DNA of 64,000 bases from an uncultured Clostridia bacterium (GCA_944377485.1 CALWFB010000008.1:456-64455), one strand, 5' to 3'. Shown: positions 12,027 to 23,100, counted from the stretch's first letter. Notes: generated by a model not told the origin, from the sequence alone. Program-made: numbers and translations.

Positions 12027-13277
12027 TTAATTATCAATAGTTCCTTTCATTCCAGTTTCGTATGGAGCAACTAGTTTTACATTTACTATTTGTCCTACTT
12101 CACACTTAGAATTAATATATGTGTATATATAATTATCAGTATAACCCAAAGATAAATTTTCGTCAACGACTTCTTCTATCAAAACCTTATGAATTGTATT
12201 TTTATTTTGATTATAAAAATTTTCTTTAAATTCTTTATTTAATTTTTGCAATATATGTTCTCTTCTTTTCTGTTCACATTTATTCACACTGCCATTCAAT
12301 CTTGTTGCGACTGTACCAGTGCGTTCACTATATGGAAATATGTGCATAAAACTAAATTGAATTTTCTTTAAATTTCCAACTGTCGTATTAAACTCTTCTT
12401 CACTCTCACCTTTAAAGCCCACAATTATATCGGTTGAAATTGATGAAAGAGTAAAATTCTTTTTTATTTTTTCTACTATCTTTATGAAGTCCTCTATCGT
12501 ATATCTTCTATTCATTCGTTTTAAGGTTTCATTACATGCAGACTGTAAACTTATATGAAAATGTGGACAAAAATTTTTTGAATTTTTAAGAATTTCTAGC
12601 ATTTCATCATCTAGTACATTACATTCAAGCGATGAAATTCTAAATCGTTTATTCAATTTGTCTATCTCTTTTATAAGTGTCTTTAATCCCAATTTCTCAT
12701 TAATTCTAAAATCTGAAATATTGATTCCTGTCAAAACAATTTCATTGGCAGAAGTGTTTTTTATTTCATCAATAATATCATCAACATCTCGACTTCGGCT
12801 TCTACCACGCAAATACGGAATTATGCAATAAGTACAAAAATAATTACATCCATCTTGTATTTTGATATATTGTCTTGTTCTAGTTTCTATCGGTCGAAGA
12901 GTATTAACGTATTTATCATGAATAATATCTTTTAATTCTTTATTTTTGTTTTTAATAAATTTAATAATTTCATTTTTCCCTTCATTACCTAAAATTGCAA
13001 TTACATTTTTATTCTTTAAAAATTGTGCTGGATTGTTTTGTACAGCACAACCACAAACTGCAACCTTAGCATCAGGATTTAATTTGAAAATTTTGGAAAG
13101 TACTTGACGAGATTTTCTTTCTGCTGTATTCGTGACAGCGCATGTGTTTACAATATATGCATCGGCTTTAACTAATCCTTCTTTTATTTCGTATCCTTCA
13201 CTTTTTAATTGATTAAGAATTGATTGACTTTCATATTCGTTAACTTTGCAACCAAGCGTAATTACACTAACTAACAT
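12027..13277 (-). CDS. mtaB: tRNA (t6A37) methylthiotransferase MtaB, radical SAM
   Basis: Has the TLGCKVNEYES N-terminal cluster, the radical SAM motif CNYFCTYCIIP and a C-terminal TRAM-like region. Sits in rsmE-mtaB synteny as in Bacillus yqeU-yqeV. Confidence 0.85.
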   Translation of the reverse strand: MLVSVITLGCKVNEYESQSILNQLKSEGYEIKEGLVKADAYIVNTCAVTNTAERKSRQVLSKIFKLNPDAKVAVCGCAVQNNPAQFLKNKNVIAILGNEGKNEIIKFIKNKNKELKDIIHDKYVNTLRPIETRTRQYIKIQDGCNYFCTYCIIPYLRGRSRSRDVDDIIDEIKNTSANEIVLTGINISDFRINEKLGLKTLIKEIDKLNKRFRISSLECNVLDDEMLEILKNSKNFCPHFHISLQSACNETLKRMNRRYTIEDFIKIVEKIKKNFTLSSISTDIIVGFKGESEEEFNTTVGNLKKIQFSFMHIFPYSERTGTVATRLNGSVNKCEQKRREHILQKLNKEFKENFYNQNKNTIHKVLIEEVVDENLSLGYTDNYIYTYINSKCEVGQIVNVKLVAPYETGMKGTIDN

Positions 13278-13962
13278 TGTTTACCGCCTTTAAAGCACTC
13301 ACTGCACAGACACATGCGACCTCTGCTCTGAGAATGGTATTTGATATGCTAATCGAATTTGTAAATCGAGAAAAATATTCCGCTTCTATGCTTGAAAATC
13401 CACCCTCTGGTCCAATGATTACTGCAAAACTGCCCGAAAATTTCTTAATATTTTCTTTTGAATTTTCGTATGCAAAAAAACGATTTTCATATTTTTTCAT
13501 ATCATCTTCTATCTGATTTTTATCAATCAATTCAATTTTCATAATATCCGCACGTTCACACTGCTTGCTGGCTTGAATTGATATCTGATTTAATTTATTC
13601 AATTTCTTTTCATCTATTGTCACAACGCTAAAATCACTCTTGAATAATTTGACAGTTTTTACATTTAATTCAGCCAAATTATCTATTGCCGTTGTCAAAG
13701 CATCGTTTTTAATCAAAGCTAAATATACTGTGATATCTATATCATCAGAAGCAATATTTTTTTTCTTATCTATAATATCAGCATAAACTTTATCCTTCGA
13801 AATATCTTTTATTACAAGTTGATAATCATATCCATCACCATTGAAACCTGTGATTTTATCTCCCACTTTACAACGTCTAACTTTTGTCAGATGAACGTGT
13901 TCTTGACCAGAAAATATGACTTTAGATTCATTTGATTCTGTAAAATAAAATCTATTATCCAT
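13267..13962 (-). CDS. rsmE: 16S rRNA (uracil1498-N3)-methyltransferase RsmE
   Basis: 231 aa. Has a PUA-like N-terminus, the IIGPEGGFS motif and the expected synteny. Confidence 0.85.
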   Translation of the reverse strand: MDNRFYFTESNESKVIFSGQEHVHLTKVRRCKVGDKITGFNGDGYDYQLVIKDISKDKVYADIIDKKKNIASDDIDITVYLALIKNDALTTAIDNLAELNVKTVKLFKSDFSVVTIDEKKLNKLNQISIQASKQCERADIMKIELIDKNQIEDDMKKYENRFFAYENSKENIKKFSGSFAVIIGPEGGFSSIEAEYFSRFTNSISISNTILRAEVACVCAVSALKAVNNVS

Positions 13963-14614
13963 TCTTCCCCTTCAATTCTTTAATTGCTTCATAGATATCA
14001 TTATTAAATATATAATTGCCACTAACTAAAATGTCTGCACCCGCTTTAACACATTGTGCAGCAGTAGTTGGATTAATTCCTCCATCTACTTCAATTAAAA
14101 TATCAGGATTGTGCATTCGAACGTGCTTAATTTTATCCAAAGCTGATTTATTAAATTCCTGGCCTCCCTTACCTACTTTGACGCAAAGAATGACAACCAT
14201 ATCTATGAGTTTAAGAAATCTATCAATTGCCTCAACTTTCGTGTCAATATCGATTGCTAGACCCGCCATTTTCTTATTTTTTTTAATTCTTTTTAAAACT
14301 TTTATTAGTTTGTCTTCATTTGAAAATGTTTCATAATGTACTGTTATAATATCAGCACCATTCTTTATGTATTTATCAACATATTTTTCTGGATTAACAA
14401 TCATCAGATGTGTATCAAATAGCAAACTAGATTTTTCTTTTAACTGTTCAAGATAAGTGTAATCAATAGTTTGAGATTTAACATAATTTCCGTCCATAAC
14501 ATCTAAATGATACATATCTGCACCAAAATTACTGACCTTTTGCAAATAATCAATTTGGCTAGACATATTTCTACCAGCAGGTAAACTAGATGCTGAAACA
14601 ACAACTTTTCGCAT
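13955..14614 (-). CDS. rpe: Ribulose-phosphate 3-epimerase (divergent)
   Basis: 219 aa. Contains HLDVMDG, THLMI, GKGGQEF and EVDGGI motifs of the Rpe TIM barrel. Confidence 0.8.
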   Translation of the reverse strand: MRKVVVSASSLPAGRNMSSQIDYLQKVSNFGADMYHLDVMDGNYVKSQTIDYTYLEQLKEKSSLLFDTHLMIVNPEKYVDKYIKNGADIITVHYETFSNEDKLIKVLKRIKKNKKMAGLAIDIDTKVEAIDRFLKLIDMVVILCVKVGKGGQEFNKSALDKIKHVRMHNPDILIEVDGGINPTTAAQCVKAGADILVSGNYIFNNDIYEAIKELKGKNG

Positions 14615-14730
14615 ATATTCTCCTAATAAATTTATTATATCACAATTTTTATAAATTAAAAAATGAAAATAACATAAAGATTTTTATATTATAAAATAAA
14701 ATTAATTATTTTGCAATTTTTGATAATAAA

Positions 14731-15756
14731 TCATGCATTTCCTTTTAATGTTTTTGCTCTAAGCATTCCGCATGCACCCTCAATATCATTACCTTGACTG
14801 CGTCTTAAAGTAGCGCTAACTCCTAATTCATTCAATTTATTCACAAATGCATATGCTTCTTTTTTTGTGGTCGCCTTCAATGAGCCACCATTTGGATTAA
14901 GACAAATTACATTAATGTGGCAATTTAATCCTTTAGTTAAAACAGACAATTTTTTAACATCTTCAAAACTATCATTAGTATCTTTTATAAGACAATATTC
15001 AAATACAACTCGTCTATTATTTTTGCTGATATAATATTTCAATGCTTTTATAATCTCTTGAATTGTATATCTATTAGCTATTGGCATAATCATCTTTCTC
15101 GTTTCATCGTCTGTTGCATGAAGCGAAATACACAATGTTATATTATATTTTAATTCCGCAAATTCATAAATTTTATCAACTAATCCGCATGTAGAAAGTG
15201 AAATATTTCGCTCGCTAACATTAAAACCATTTTCATCGGTTATCAATTCTAACCATTTCACCACATTATCATAATTATCAAACGGTTCACCGCTTCCCAT
15301 GAGGACAATATTAGTAAAGTTTCTATCCGTACATTTTCCATTGTCTGCATTGACAATGCTGATTGTTGACAACATTTCACCAGGAGTGAGATTTCTTATT
15401 AATCCATTTTGAGTAGAAGCACAAAACTTGCAACCCATTCTGCAACCCACTTGTGTAGACATGCATATTGTATTACCATAATTTTGTTTTAAAAATACAC
15501 ATTCTATTAAATTGTTGTCATGTAATTTTAATAAATATTTTTTTGTGCCATCTTTACTAATTAAAACTTTAAATATTTCAATAGGCTTTAAAATATATTC
15601 TGATTTCAAATTATCTATCATTGATTTAGGGAGATTCGTTTCATTATAATCTTTTCCTTGAATTATTGAATCAAAAATTTGTTTGGCACGAAATTTTTTA
15701 TAGTCTGCCAAAATATTATACAATTCATCTAACGAATAATCGCTAAGAATTTTCAA
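14731..15756 (-). CDS. rlmN: 23S rRNA/tRNA (adenine-C2)-methyltransferase RlmN, radical SAM
   Basis: Contains CRMGCKFCAS, MGSGEP and a C-terminal GACG. Confidence 0.92.
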   Translation of the reverse strand: MKILSDYSLDELYNILADYKKFRAKQIFDSIIQGKDYNETNLPKSMIDNLKSEYILKPIEIFKVLISKDGTKKYLLKLHDNNLIECVFLKQNYGNTICMSTQVGCRMGCKFCASTQNGLIRNLTPGEMLSTISIVNADNGKCTDRNFTNIVLMGSGEPFDNYDNVVKWLELITDENGFNVSERNISLSTCGLVDKIYEFAELKYNITLCISLHATDDETRKMIMPIANRYTIQEIIKALKYYISKNNRRVVFEYCLIKDTNDSFEDVKKLSVLTKGLNCHINVICLNPNGGSLKATTKKEAYAFVNKLNELGVSATLRRSQGNDIEGACGMLRAKTLKGNA

Positions 15757-16663
15757 TTATATCTCCTTGTTTAAACTTATTTGAATTCATATATGATAAT
15801 GCGAGCATCTTTTGTTTTCCTTCTGGCTGAATGTATATAATTTCTATCGCCTTGTCAGCAGTTGCTATGATTAAACCATTTTTGCCATCACATGCCAAAA
15901 TTTCGCCAGGTTTTCCCTCCAATTCTGATATAGATGCAAATTGAACTTTATATCTCGTGCCATTGTAGATAAAATAACAATTTTCTAGTCCCCTAATCTT
16001 GTCACACAAAGATTTTGCATTTGTGTTAAAATTGATTAAATAATCTTCCTTTTTTATCATTGGATAATATGAAGCTTGTGAATTATCCTGTGGGAAATGT
16101 CTATCTTTGTAATAATCAAATTTATCCAAAAATTCGTTTATACATTCAACACCTAGTGTAGCAAGTTTGTCAAATACACTAGTAGCAGTATCAATAGCTG
16201 TAATTTCTAATTCTTTTTCAAAGTATATATCACCAGTATCCATACCAATATCTGTCTTCATTATAGTGATGCCAGTTTTGCTTTCTCCATTTATTATTGC
16301 CCACTGTATAGGAGCAGGTCCTCTATATTTTGGAAGTAAACTAGCATGTACATTAACGGTTCCATATTTTGGTATGTCTAAAATGTTTTGCTTTATTATC
16401 TGACCATAACTTGCGGTAATAAACAAATCCGGAGTATAACTATTTAATATCTCTTCCCCTTCTTTGTTTAGTTTCTCAAATTGATAAATTGGAATATTTT
16501 TTTCAATTGCCAACTTTTTTACAGCAGATAAAATTATCTTGTTATTTCTACCATTAATTCTATCAGGTTGTGAAACAATGGCAACTACATTTCTATTGGC
16601 ATCTAATAATCCTTTTAAAATAGTTGCACTGAATTCATTTGTTCCAAAAAAAACTATCTTCAT
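15743..16663 (-). CDS. fmt: Methionyl-tRNA formyltransferase
   Basis: Contains HASLLPKYRGPAPIQWAI. Sits in def-fmt synteny. Confidence 0.95.
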   Translation of the reverse strand: MKIVFFGTNEFSATILKGLLDANRNVVAIVSQPDRINGRNNKIILSAVKKLAIEKNIPIYQFEKLNKEGEEILNSYTPDLFITASYGQIIKQNILDIPKYGTVNVHASLLPKYRGPAPIQWAIINGESKTGITIMKTDIGMDTGDIYFEKELEITAIDTATSVFDKLATLGVECINEFLDKFDYYKDRHFPQDNSQASYYPMIKKEDYLINFNTNAKSLCDKIRGLENCYFIYNGTRYKVQFASISELEGKPGEILACDGKNGLIIATADKAIEIIYIQPEGKQKMLALSYMNSNKFKQGDIIENS

Positions 16664-17127
16664 TATATATCTTCCTTCCCTTTTGGAGGAGTAATAATTT
16701 TATCAATATATAATATACCGTCTAAATGGTCAGTTTCATGACAAACACATACTGCCGTCCAATCTTCACATGTCAATGTAAATTTATTTCCAAATCTATC
16801 ATACGCACTGACAGTCACTGTTTTTGGTCTTTTTACATATCCAAATGGTAGATTGACACTTAAACAACCTTCTTTTTTATATTGCTCTCCACTCTTTTGT
16901 GTAATGATAGGGTTGATAAATTCTATTCTCATATTGTTAATATTTAAAATAAAAACTCTCTTCAATACACCAACTTGTACTGCACTAAGACCAGAGCCTA
17001 TACGGTTATCAAGAGTTTCCCACATGTCATCTAATAGTTCCCAAAGTTTTTCATCAAAAAACTTAACAGGTTTACTCTGTTTTCTAATAAAATTATCTGT
17101 ATATTGAACAATTTCTCTTATTGCCAT
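16663..17127 (-). CDS. def: Peptide deformylase
   Basis: Contains the GLSAVQVG, EGCLS and HETDHLDG motifs. Confidence 0.95.
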   Translation of the reverse strand: MAIREIVQYTDNFIRKQSKPVKFFDEKLWELLDDMWETLDNRIGSGLSAVQVGVLKRVFILNINNMRIEFINPIITQKSGEQYKKEGCLSVNLPFGYVKRPKTVTVSAYDRFGNKFTLTCEDWTAVCVCHETDHLDGILYIDKIITPPKGKEDI

Positions 17128-17130
17128 AAT

Positions 17131-19311
17131 TTACCTCAAATTATTTGGATTGACTTCTACAAATATGGATACATCTTTTTCAATTATATCTGCAATATTA
17201 TAAAAGTCTGATGTTATTTTATCATCTGGAACGAATCTAGTCAATATTTGATAACGATATTTTGTTTGAATTCTTTTTACAGGAGATGGCATCGCTTGCA
17301 AGAATATTATAGATTTCCCATATTTTGTTTTTAATTCATTCGCTTTATCAAATATTTTTTTTGTCACTTCTATTGCTTTATTATCACTTACACTTGTCAC
17401 TAATATACGCAATATTGTACTAAACGGAGGAAACCCTGTTGTTTGTCGCAAATTAATTTCTTTTTCATAAAAGCCATTATAGTCATAATTCATCGCAAAT
17501 CTATACACATAATGCTTTGGAGCATAAGTTTGCAATACAACATAACCATCATTCGTTTTCCTACCAGCCCGTCCTGCTACCTGCGTGACGAGTTGAAATG
17601 TACGTTCATTGGATTTGTAATCACTATTATATAAACTCACATCTGCATCTAAAATTCCAACAAATGAAACATTTGGATAGTCATGTCCTTTTGCTATCAT
17701 CTGTGTACCAACCAAAATGCTAGGACTATGAGTTGAAAATTCTTCTAATATCTTTTTGTGCCCATCTTTTCTTCTTGTGGTATCATTGTCCATTCTATAT
17801 ATTGGAACATTTGGAAATATATTTTTTAATTCGTTAACAACTCGTTCAGTACCTAACGCTCCATATTTAATGTTTGTACTATTACAATTAGGACAATTTG
17901 TCAATGCTCTATACCTCTTGCCACAAAAATGACACTTTAATTCATTATCTTCTTTATGATAGACAAGGCTAACTTCACAGTCATCACATTTTGCACGGTA
18001 GCCACACTCACGACACATGACAAATGAAGCAAATCCTCTTCTATTTATAAATAATATTGCTTGCTTTCCACGCTTTATGCAGTCATCTAATTTTGACAAC
18101 AGTTTTCTACTAAATGGCGAGGTATTTCCATCCATTACTTCATTTAACATATCAATAATTTCTATCTTTGGCATTTCCAAACCATTGATACGTTCTGGTA
18201 ATTTGACTAATTTATATTCACCCTTTTCTGCCTTGTAAAAACTATCAATACTCGGTGTCGCACTACCTAAAATCAATGGACATGAATTAAATCGTGCTCT
18301 AAATATAGCAACATCATGAGTGATAAATCGTGGATTACTTTCGCTGACATACGAAGAATCATGTTCTTCATCTATTATGATTACTCCTAAATTTTCTATT
18401 GGTGCAAATACTGCTGACCGAGCACCTAACACAACATGCGCTTGTCCATTAAATATTCGCTCCCATTCATCAAAACGCTCTCCTTCACTAAGTCCACTAT
18501 GTAATACGGCGACATCATTGGGAAATCTTGAATTAAATCTATCCATCATTTGTGGTGTTAAAGATATCTCAGGGACTAACATTATAGCAGTTTTATTATC
18601 CTTTATACAGTTTTCTATGATTGTCATATAAACTTCTGTTTTACCACTACCTGTCACCCCTTGAAGTAAAAAAGTTTCATTTTGGTTTTGAATAGTGTTG
18701 ACCGCATTTTTTTGAGCAGGGGTTAAAATATTTTTTTGTATCTTAACATCGCTATTATCATACTGATAACGATTTTTTCTATATGCATTTTTTAGTATAA
18801 TACCTTTCTCTATTAAAGTATTAACACTAACTCTTCCAAATATTTCAATCGCTTTTTGATATTTGATACTACCCTGTTCGTTCAGTGTTGCTACAAGTGC
18901 TAGTTGATTTTTTGCTCGCTTGCCTATCAGATTTATAGCAGTATCAATATCTAATAACAAAGTTAAATCATATTCAGTCATTTCATGTTGATTATCAAGT
19001 CTAACACATGAAGGAATAACTAATTTGATACAATCACTTAAACGTAAAAAAAAGTGTTTTGCTAAAAATAAACATAGTTGCAATATTTCTGGTTTAATTT
19101 TAGGAACACTTTCTAAATTTTTTATAATAGGTTTAATTTTATTTTCATCAAAGTCGGTATGTTCGCTAAGACCTATAACGTATCCTAAAACCGTTCTACC
19201 AGCGAATGGTACTTTAACACGCATACCTACTTTCGTGTCGTCCAATGCAACGTAATCAAACACTCTGTCTACTGCATCATTGGAGATGTCGACAATAACA
19301 TTAGCAAACAT
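17131..19311 (-). CDS. priA: Primosomal protein N' (PriA helicase)
   Basis: 726 aa. Contains GVTGSGKTE, DEEHD and the Cys-rich zinc module CRECGY...CDDC...CHFC...CPNC. Confidence 0.95.
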   Translation of the reverse strand: MFANVIVDISNDAVDRVFDYVALDDTKVGMRVKVPFAGRTVLGYVIGLSEHTDFDENKIKPIIKNLESVPKIKPEILQLCLFLAKHFFLRLSDCIKLVIPSCVRLDNQHEMTEYDLTLLLDIDTAINLIGKRAKNQLALVATLNEQGSIKYQKAIEIFGRVSVNTLIEKGIILKNAYRKNRYQYDNSDVKIQKNILTPAQKNAVNTIQNQNETFLLQGVTGSGKTEVYMTIIENCIKDNKTAIMLVPEISLTPQMMDRFNSRFPNDVAVLHSGLSEGERFDEWERIFNGQAHVVLGARSAVFAPIENLGVIIIDEEHDSSYVSESNPRFITHDVAIFRARFNSCPLILGSATPSIDSFYKAEKGEYKLVKLPERINGLEMPKIEIIDMLNEVMDGNTSPFSRKLLSKLDDCIKRGKQAILFINRRGFASFVMCRECGYRAKCDDCEVSLVYHKEDNELKCHFCGKRYRALTNCPNCNSTNIKYGALGTERVVNELKNIFPNVPIYRMDNDTTRRKDGHKKILEEFSTHSPSILVGTQMIAKGHDYPNVSFVGILDADVSLYNSDYKSNERTFQLVTQVAGRAGRKTNDGYVVLQTYAPKHYVYRFAMNYDYNGFYEKEINLRQTTGFPPFSTILRILVTSVSDNKAIEVTKKIFDKANELKTKYGKSIIFLQAMPSPVKRIQTKYRYQILTRFVPDDKITSDFYNIADIIEKDVSIFVEVNPNNLR

Positions 19312-19314
19312 TAA

Positions 19315-19512
19315 TTATTTTGATTGAACTCCAATAACTTCGCCACGTGCTACTTCATTAGCAGCATAATCAATAGCCAAGTTTGCACTTCCGTTTAATA
19401 ATGTAGGTATTTTATTTTCCAAATCTTTTGCTCTCGCTCCAACAATTACTGCCGCAGCATAACGACAACCTACTCTTTCAACTAATAAATCAATAGGTGG
19501 TTCAAATAACAT
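19315..19512 (-). CDS. rpoZ: RNA polymerase omega subunit
   Basis: 65 aa. N-terminus PIDLLVERVGCRYAAAVIVGARAKDL is typical of RpoZ. Confidence 0.85.
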   Translation of the reverse strand: MLFEPPIDLLVERVGCRYAAAVIVGARAKDLENKIPTLLNGSANLAIDYAANEVARGEVIGVQSK

Positions 19513-19576
19513 AATTGCTCCTTTTAATATGCTTGTATTATAACATCATACATTTGTTTTGTCAAATCAAATAAAA

Positions 19577-20113
19577 TTATTTCTTTGGTTTGTTTGCATC
19601 AATAATAGCTTTAACTTCTCTATACACTTCGTATGGATTTTTTATATATAAAAATGAAAATTTATAATTAGCGGTATTAATCATAGGACTTGCCATACTA
19701 CCAAACGAAAGTGTCCCTGTGTCTTTTTTTAGCAATTTGTCTAGCCAATTAACATTGACAGTCAATGCCCCAATCGTATCATAATCTAAACCTTTATAAT
19801 CAACTCCAATATAACCAGTACGTATCAAAATTCGCTTATTAGTCACAGCGAAGATTGTTTTATTATACCACAAAGCAATCAATAGTAATGTCAATGCATC
19901 AAATACGACAACAAAAACAATAAAACCAATGCTTGTTGCAATTGAAGTTTCAGTATCTAAAAATGATGCAATAATAGGAATCATAAATAAAACTGTTATG
20001 AAAATGCAGACTAAAACCGTTCCAAAATAAGTGCGAAATTTATTGGGTTTATATACCTTTAAAATCTCTTCATCTGCATCAAGAACAGGCTTAAATAATT
20101 CTAATTCTTTCAT
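19577..20113 (-). CDS. Membrane protein with a bacterial PH (YdbS/YdbT-like) domain
   Basis: Two TM helices are followed by a TNKRILIRTGYIG...LSFG PH-like segment. Confidence 0.6.
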   Translation of the reverse strand: MKELELFKPVLDADEEILKVYKPNKFRTYFGTVLVCIFITVLFMIPIIASFLDTETSIATSIGFIVFVVVFDALTLLLIALWYNKTIFAVTNKRILIRTGYIGVDYKGLDYDTIGALTVNVNWLDKLLKKDTGTLSFGSMASPMINTANYKFSFLYIKNPYEVYREVKAIIDANKPKK

Positions 20114-20180
20114 ATTTACTCCTTTTATGTTTTATAACAATTATATTAAAATAATCCAATAAATATAATTTAATATTAGT

Positions 20181-20846
20181 TTATTGTTTCCTTAGTTTTG
20201 TTAAAGTTTTCTTAGCGGAATTTTGTTCCGCTTCACGTTTGGTTGAACCTTGTCCGAAGGCTACAAATTTCCCATCAATAAAGGCATTTGCACGAAAATT
20301 CTCTTGTCCACCTTCTGTTTGATACTTTTCGACTTTATATTCAAGTTTATATCTTAGTTCCTGAGCCAATTCTTGCAATTCAGATTTATAATCAATAGTT
20401 TTTAATCCTGTTTTTAAATTTTCTTTGATTTCAAGAGCATCTATAACAGCACTAGCAATTGATGGCATGCCGAACGATAAATACATAACACCAATCATGC
20501 TTTCTATTGTGTCTGCTAAAATCGCATCGGAAATGTCATTTCCTTTGAAACTTTTACCGAAATGAATTCTATCTTCAATTTTCAAACTCTTTGCCAATTT
20601 TGATAAATTCTCAGTGCAAACAAAACTTGCACGTATTTTGGACATTTTACCCTCAGTTTGATGATAATGTTTGTATAAATAGTCAGATACAATTGTAGAT
20701 AAAACACTATCACCTAGAAATTCCACTCTTTCATTGCTCTCTATCTTTTTTTCATTAGCAAAAGAAGAATGAGTAAACGCTAATTCTTTCAACTCATCAC
20801 TACATTTTTCAAATAGAGTTAAAAATCTATTCTTCATTTTTTTCAA
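20181..20846 (-). CDS. rnc: Ribonuclease III
   Basis: Contains FTHSSFANE and ERVEFLGDSVL, plus a C-terminal dsRBD (GQGSTKREAEQNSAK). Confidence 0.93.
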   Translation of the reverse strand: MKKMKNRFLTLFEKCSDELKELAFTHSSFANEKKIESNERVEFLGDSVLSTIVSDYLYKHYHQTEGKMSKIRASFVCTENLSKLAKSLKIEDRIHFGKSFKGNDISDAILADTIESMIGVMYLSFGMPSIASAVIDALEIKENLKTGLKTIDYKSELQELAQELRYKLEYKVEKYQTEGGQENFRANAFIDGKFVAFGQGSTKREAEQNSAKKTLTKLRKQ

Positions 20847-21828
20847 CAGCCGTTTTTACCTTTTCTATCAATTTGTTATTTGCCAAAACAAATGCTTGTT
20901 CAATAGTGCTTGCAATACTATCTGCTTTGCTATTTCCATGACATTTCAAAACAATTTTTGTCACGCCTAAAAGTGGAGCGCCTCCAACTTTTGTATAATC
21001 ATACTTTTGTTTTATTCCTTTCATTTTCTTCTTCAATAGCAATGCACCCAGTTTGGTTTTAAACGAAGATGTCATAGCATCTTTTAATTCGCCAAACAAA
21101 ATTTCAGCTGTACCTTCGATTGTTTTTAAACAAACATTTCCAGCAAAACCATCACTAACTACGACATCAACGTTCCCTCTTAAAACGTCACGTGCCTCAA
21201 TATTGCCTACAAAGTTAAGATTGGAATTTTTTAATAATTGATAAGCCTCTTTTACAGTTTCGCTTCCTTTTTCTTCCTCTGTGCCAATATTTAAAAGTCC
21301 TATACGTGGTTTTTTAACTCCAATAGCCTTCATATATTCATTACCCATAATACCAAAATGAAGTAAATTTTCTGGTTTGCAATCAGCATTAGCACCACAA
21401 TCAAGTAGCATTACTCCTCCATCATTGACAGTAGGAAGTATTGGAGCAAGTGCTGGCCTACTAATATTTGGAATTCTACCAAGTTTTAAAACAGCACCTG
21501 TCAGAGTAGCACCAGTACTGCCCGCACTCACCAATGCCATAGCATCATCATTTTGTTTTAAATAATCATATGCAACAACTATACTAGAAGTTTTTTTAGT
21601 TCTAATTGCGACAGTAGGAACATCGTCCATTGTGACAACATCAGGTGCATGAACAATCTCTAACCTATCTGACACAAATACAAGAGATTGAAGTATCTCT
21701 GTAATTTTATCTTTATCACCAACTAAAACTAGATTTAATTTTTCATTGGCTTGCAAAGCTTTTACTGCTCCTGCAACTATTTCAAAAGGTGCATAATCGC
21801 CACCAAATGCATCTACAACAATTTTCAT
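20827..21828 (-). CDS. plsX: Phosphate:acyl-ACP acyltransferase PlsX
   Basis: 333 aa. Contains VDAFGGDYAP, SAGSTGA and HGNSK. Confidence 0.93.
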   Translation of the reverse strand: MKIVVDAFGGDYAPFEIVAGAVKALQANEKLNLVLVGDKDKITEILQSLVFVSDRLEIVHAPDVVTMDDVPTVAIRTKKTSSIVVAYDYLKQNDDAMALVSAGSTGATLTGAVLKLGRIPNISRPALAPILPTVNDGGVMLLDCGANADCKPENLLHFGIMGNEYMKAIGVKKPRIGLLNIGTEEEKGSETVKEAYQLLKNSNLNFVGNIEARDVLRGNVDVVVSDGFAGNVCLKTIEGTAEILFGELKDAMTSSFKTKLGALLLKKKMKGIKQKYDYTKVGGAPLLGVTKIVLKCHGNSKADSIASTIEQAFVLANNKLIEKVKTAVEKNEE

Positions 21829-21969
21829 ATTCTCTCCTAATTAAATGTTATATATAAAGTTTACACTTAATTATAAAAAATGTAAAATAAATATCACTTT
21901 TAAATAAAATTTTTTGCTAAAAAATAAAATTAAAACATACTTTAAAAAAATAATTTTTTAGAAGTTTTA

Positions 21970-23100
21970 CTATGATTTTTTTGTTAATTCATATAACTTT
22001 TGTTTGAATTTATATTTTTTTATTAAATTTTCAACATTCGAAAAAGATTTTTTTGATTTAGTTAATTTACCTCGTATCATTATGTTTTTTGGTGAATGTG
22101 CAAAATCAACAAACTCAATGACATCCACAACATAACCATATGAACGTAAAATTTCTACTCGAATTGCATCAGTCAATAGTGCAGAAAATCTTTCTTTAAT
22201 CAAACCATCTTCAAACAGTATATCAAAATCTCCACCCTTTTTAATTGTCTGATTAATCTCGTGCTGACAACATGGAACAGAAAAAATATAAGGAATTTTT
22301 CGTTTGATTGCATAATCTAAAGCATAGTCTGTTGCAGTATCACAAGCATGCAAACTAATAATCATATCAATATCACCTTCAAATAATTTGTCTTTTTTTA
22401 CATCATTTACAAAAAAATGTAAACCTTTATATCCATATGTTTTGGCAATATCATTACAGTTATCTACAACGTCCGACTTCAAATCATATCCAATAATATT
22501 TGCTTTTATTTTTTTTATCTCGACAAAATAATAGTACACTAAAAAGGTTAAATATGATTTTCCACAGCCAAAATCTAAAATTGTAATTTTGTCTTTCTTG
22601 ATTGATTTGAATACATCATCAATAATTTCTATAAACCTATTTATCTGTTTAAATTTATCATATTTTGCTTTTACAATTTTTCCATCTTTTGTAAATATGC
22701 CTAAATCTACCAAAGCAGGTACATTATCTCCTTCATTTATTAAATATAATTTTTGTTTATTATGGCTTAAATTTATTTCTTGACTAGCTTCTTTTAATTG
22801 CACTTTTTGTTTGTATCCATTAGATTTTTTACTAAAAATAATATTTTTATCTTTTAATTCAATCAAAATTTGTTTATAGTCAAAAAATTGCAAATCTAAA
22901 ATTTTATCAATTTCAACATTTTCATGATAAACTTGATTATTTTTATATTTCTCAATCTGCAACAATAATTTATCTTTAATCTTTATAGGTCGCACTATAA
23001 TTTTTTTAATTTCGGCTTGGGTTTCACTGAGAATAAGTTTTGCAAAATTATCTATATGTTCTACTACTTCTCTTTTGATTACTTGTATTACATTTTCCAT
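21970..23100 (-). CDS. SAM-dependent methyltransferase, specificity unknown
   Basis: Has motif I ILDFGCGKSYL in the C-terminal half and an N-terminal uncharacterised domain. Confidence 0.7.
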   Translation of the reverse strand: MENVIQVIKREVVEHIDNFAKLILSETQAEIKKIIVRPIKIKDKLLLQIEKYKNNQVYHENVEIDKILDLQFFDYKQILIELKDKNIIFSKKSNGYKQKVQLKEASQEINLSHNKQKLYLINEGDNVPALVDLGIFTKDGKIVKAKYDKFKQINRFIEIIDDVFKSIKKDKITILDFGCGKSYLTFLVYYYFVEIKKIKANIIGYDLKSDVVDNCNDIAKTYGYKGLHFFVNDVKKDKLFEGDIDMIISLHACDTATDYALDYAIKRKIPYIFSVPCCQHEINQTIKKGGDFDILFEDGLIKERFSALLTDAIRVEILRSYGYVVDVIEFVDFAHSPKNIMIRGKLTKSKKSFSNVENLIKKYKFKQKLYELTKKS

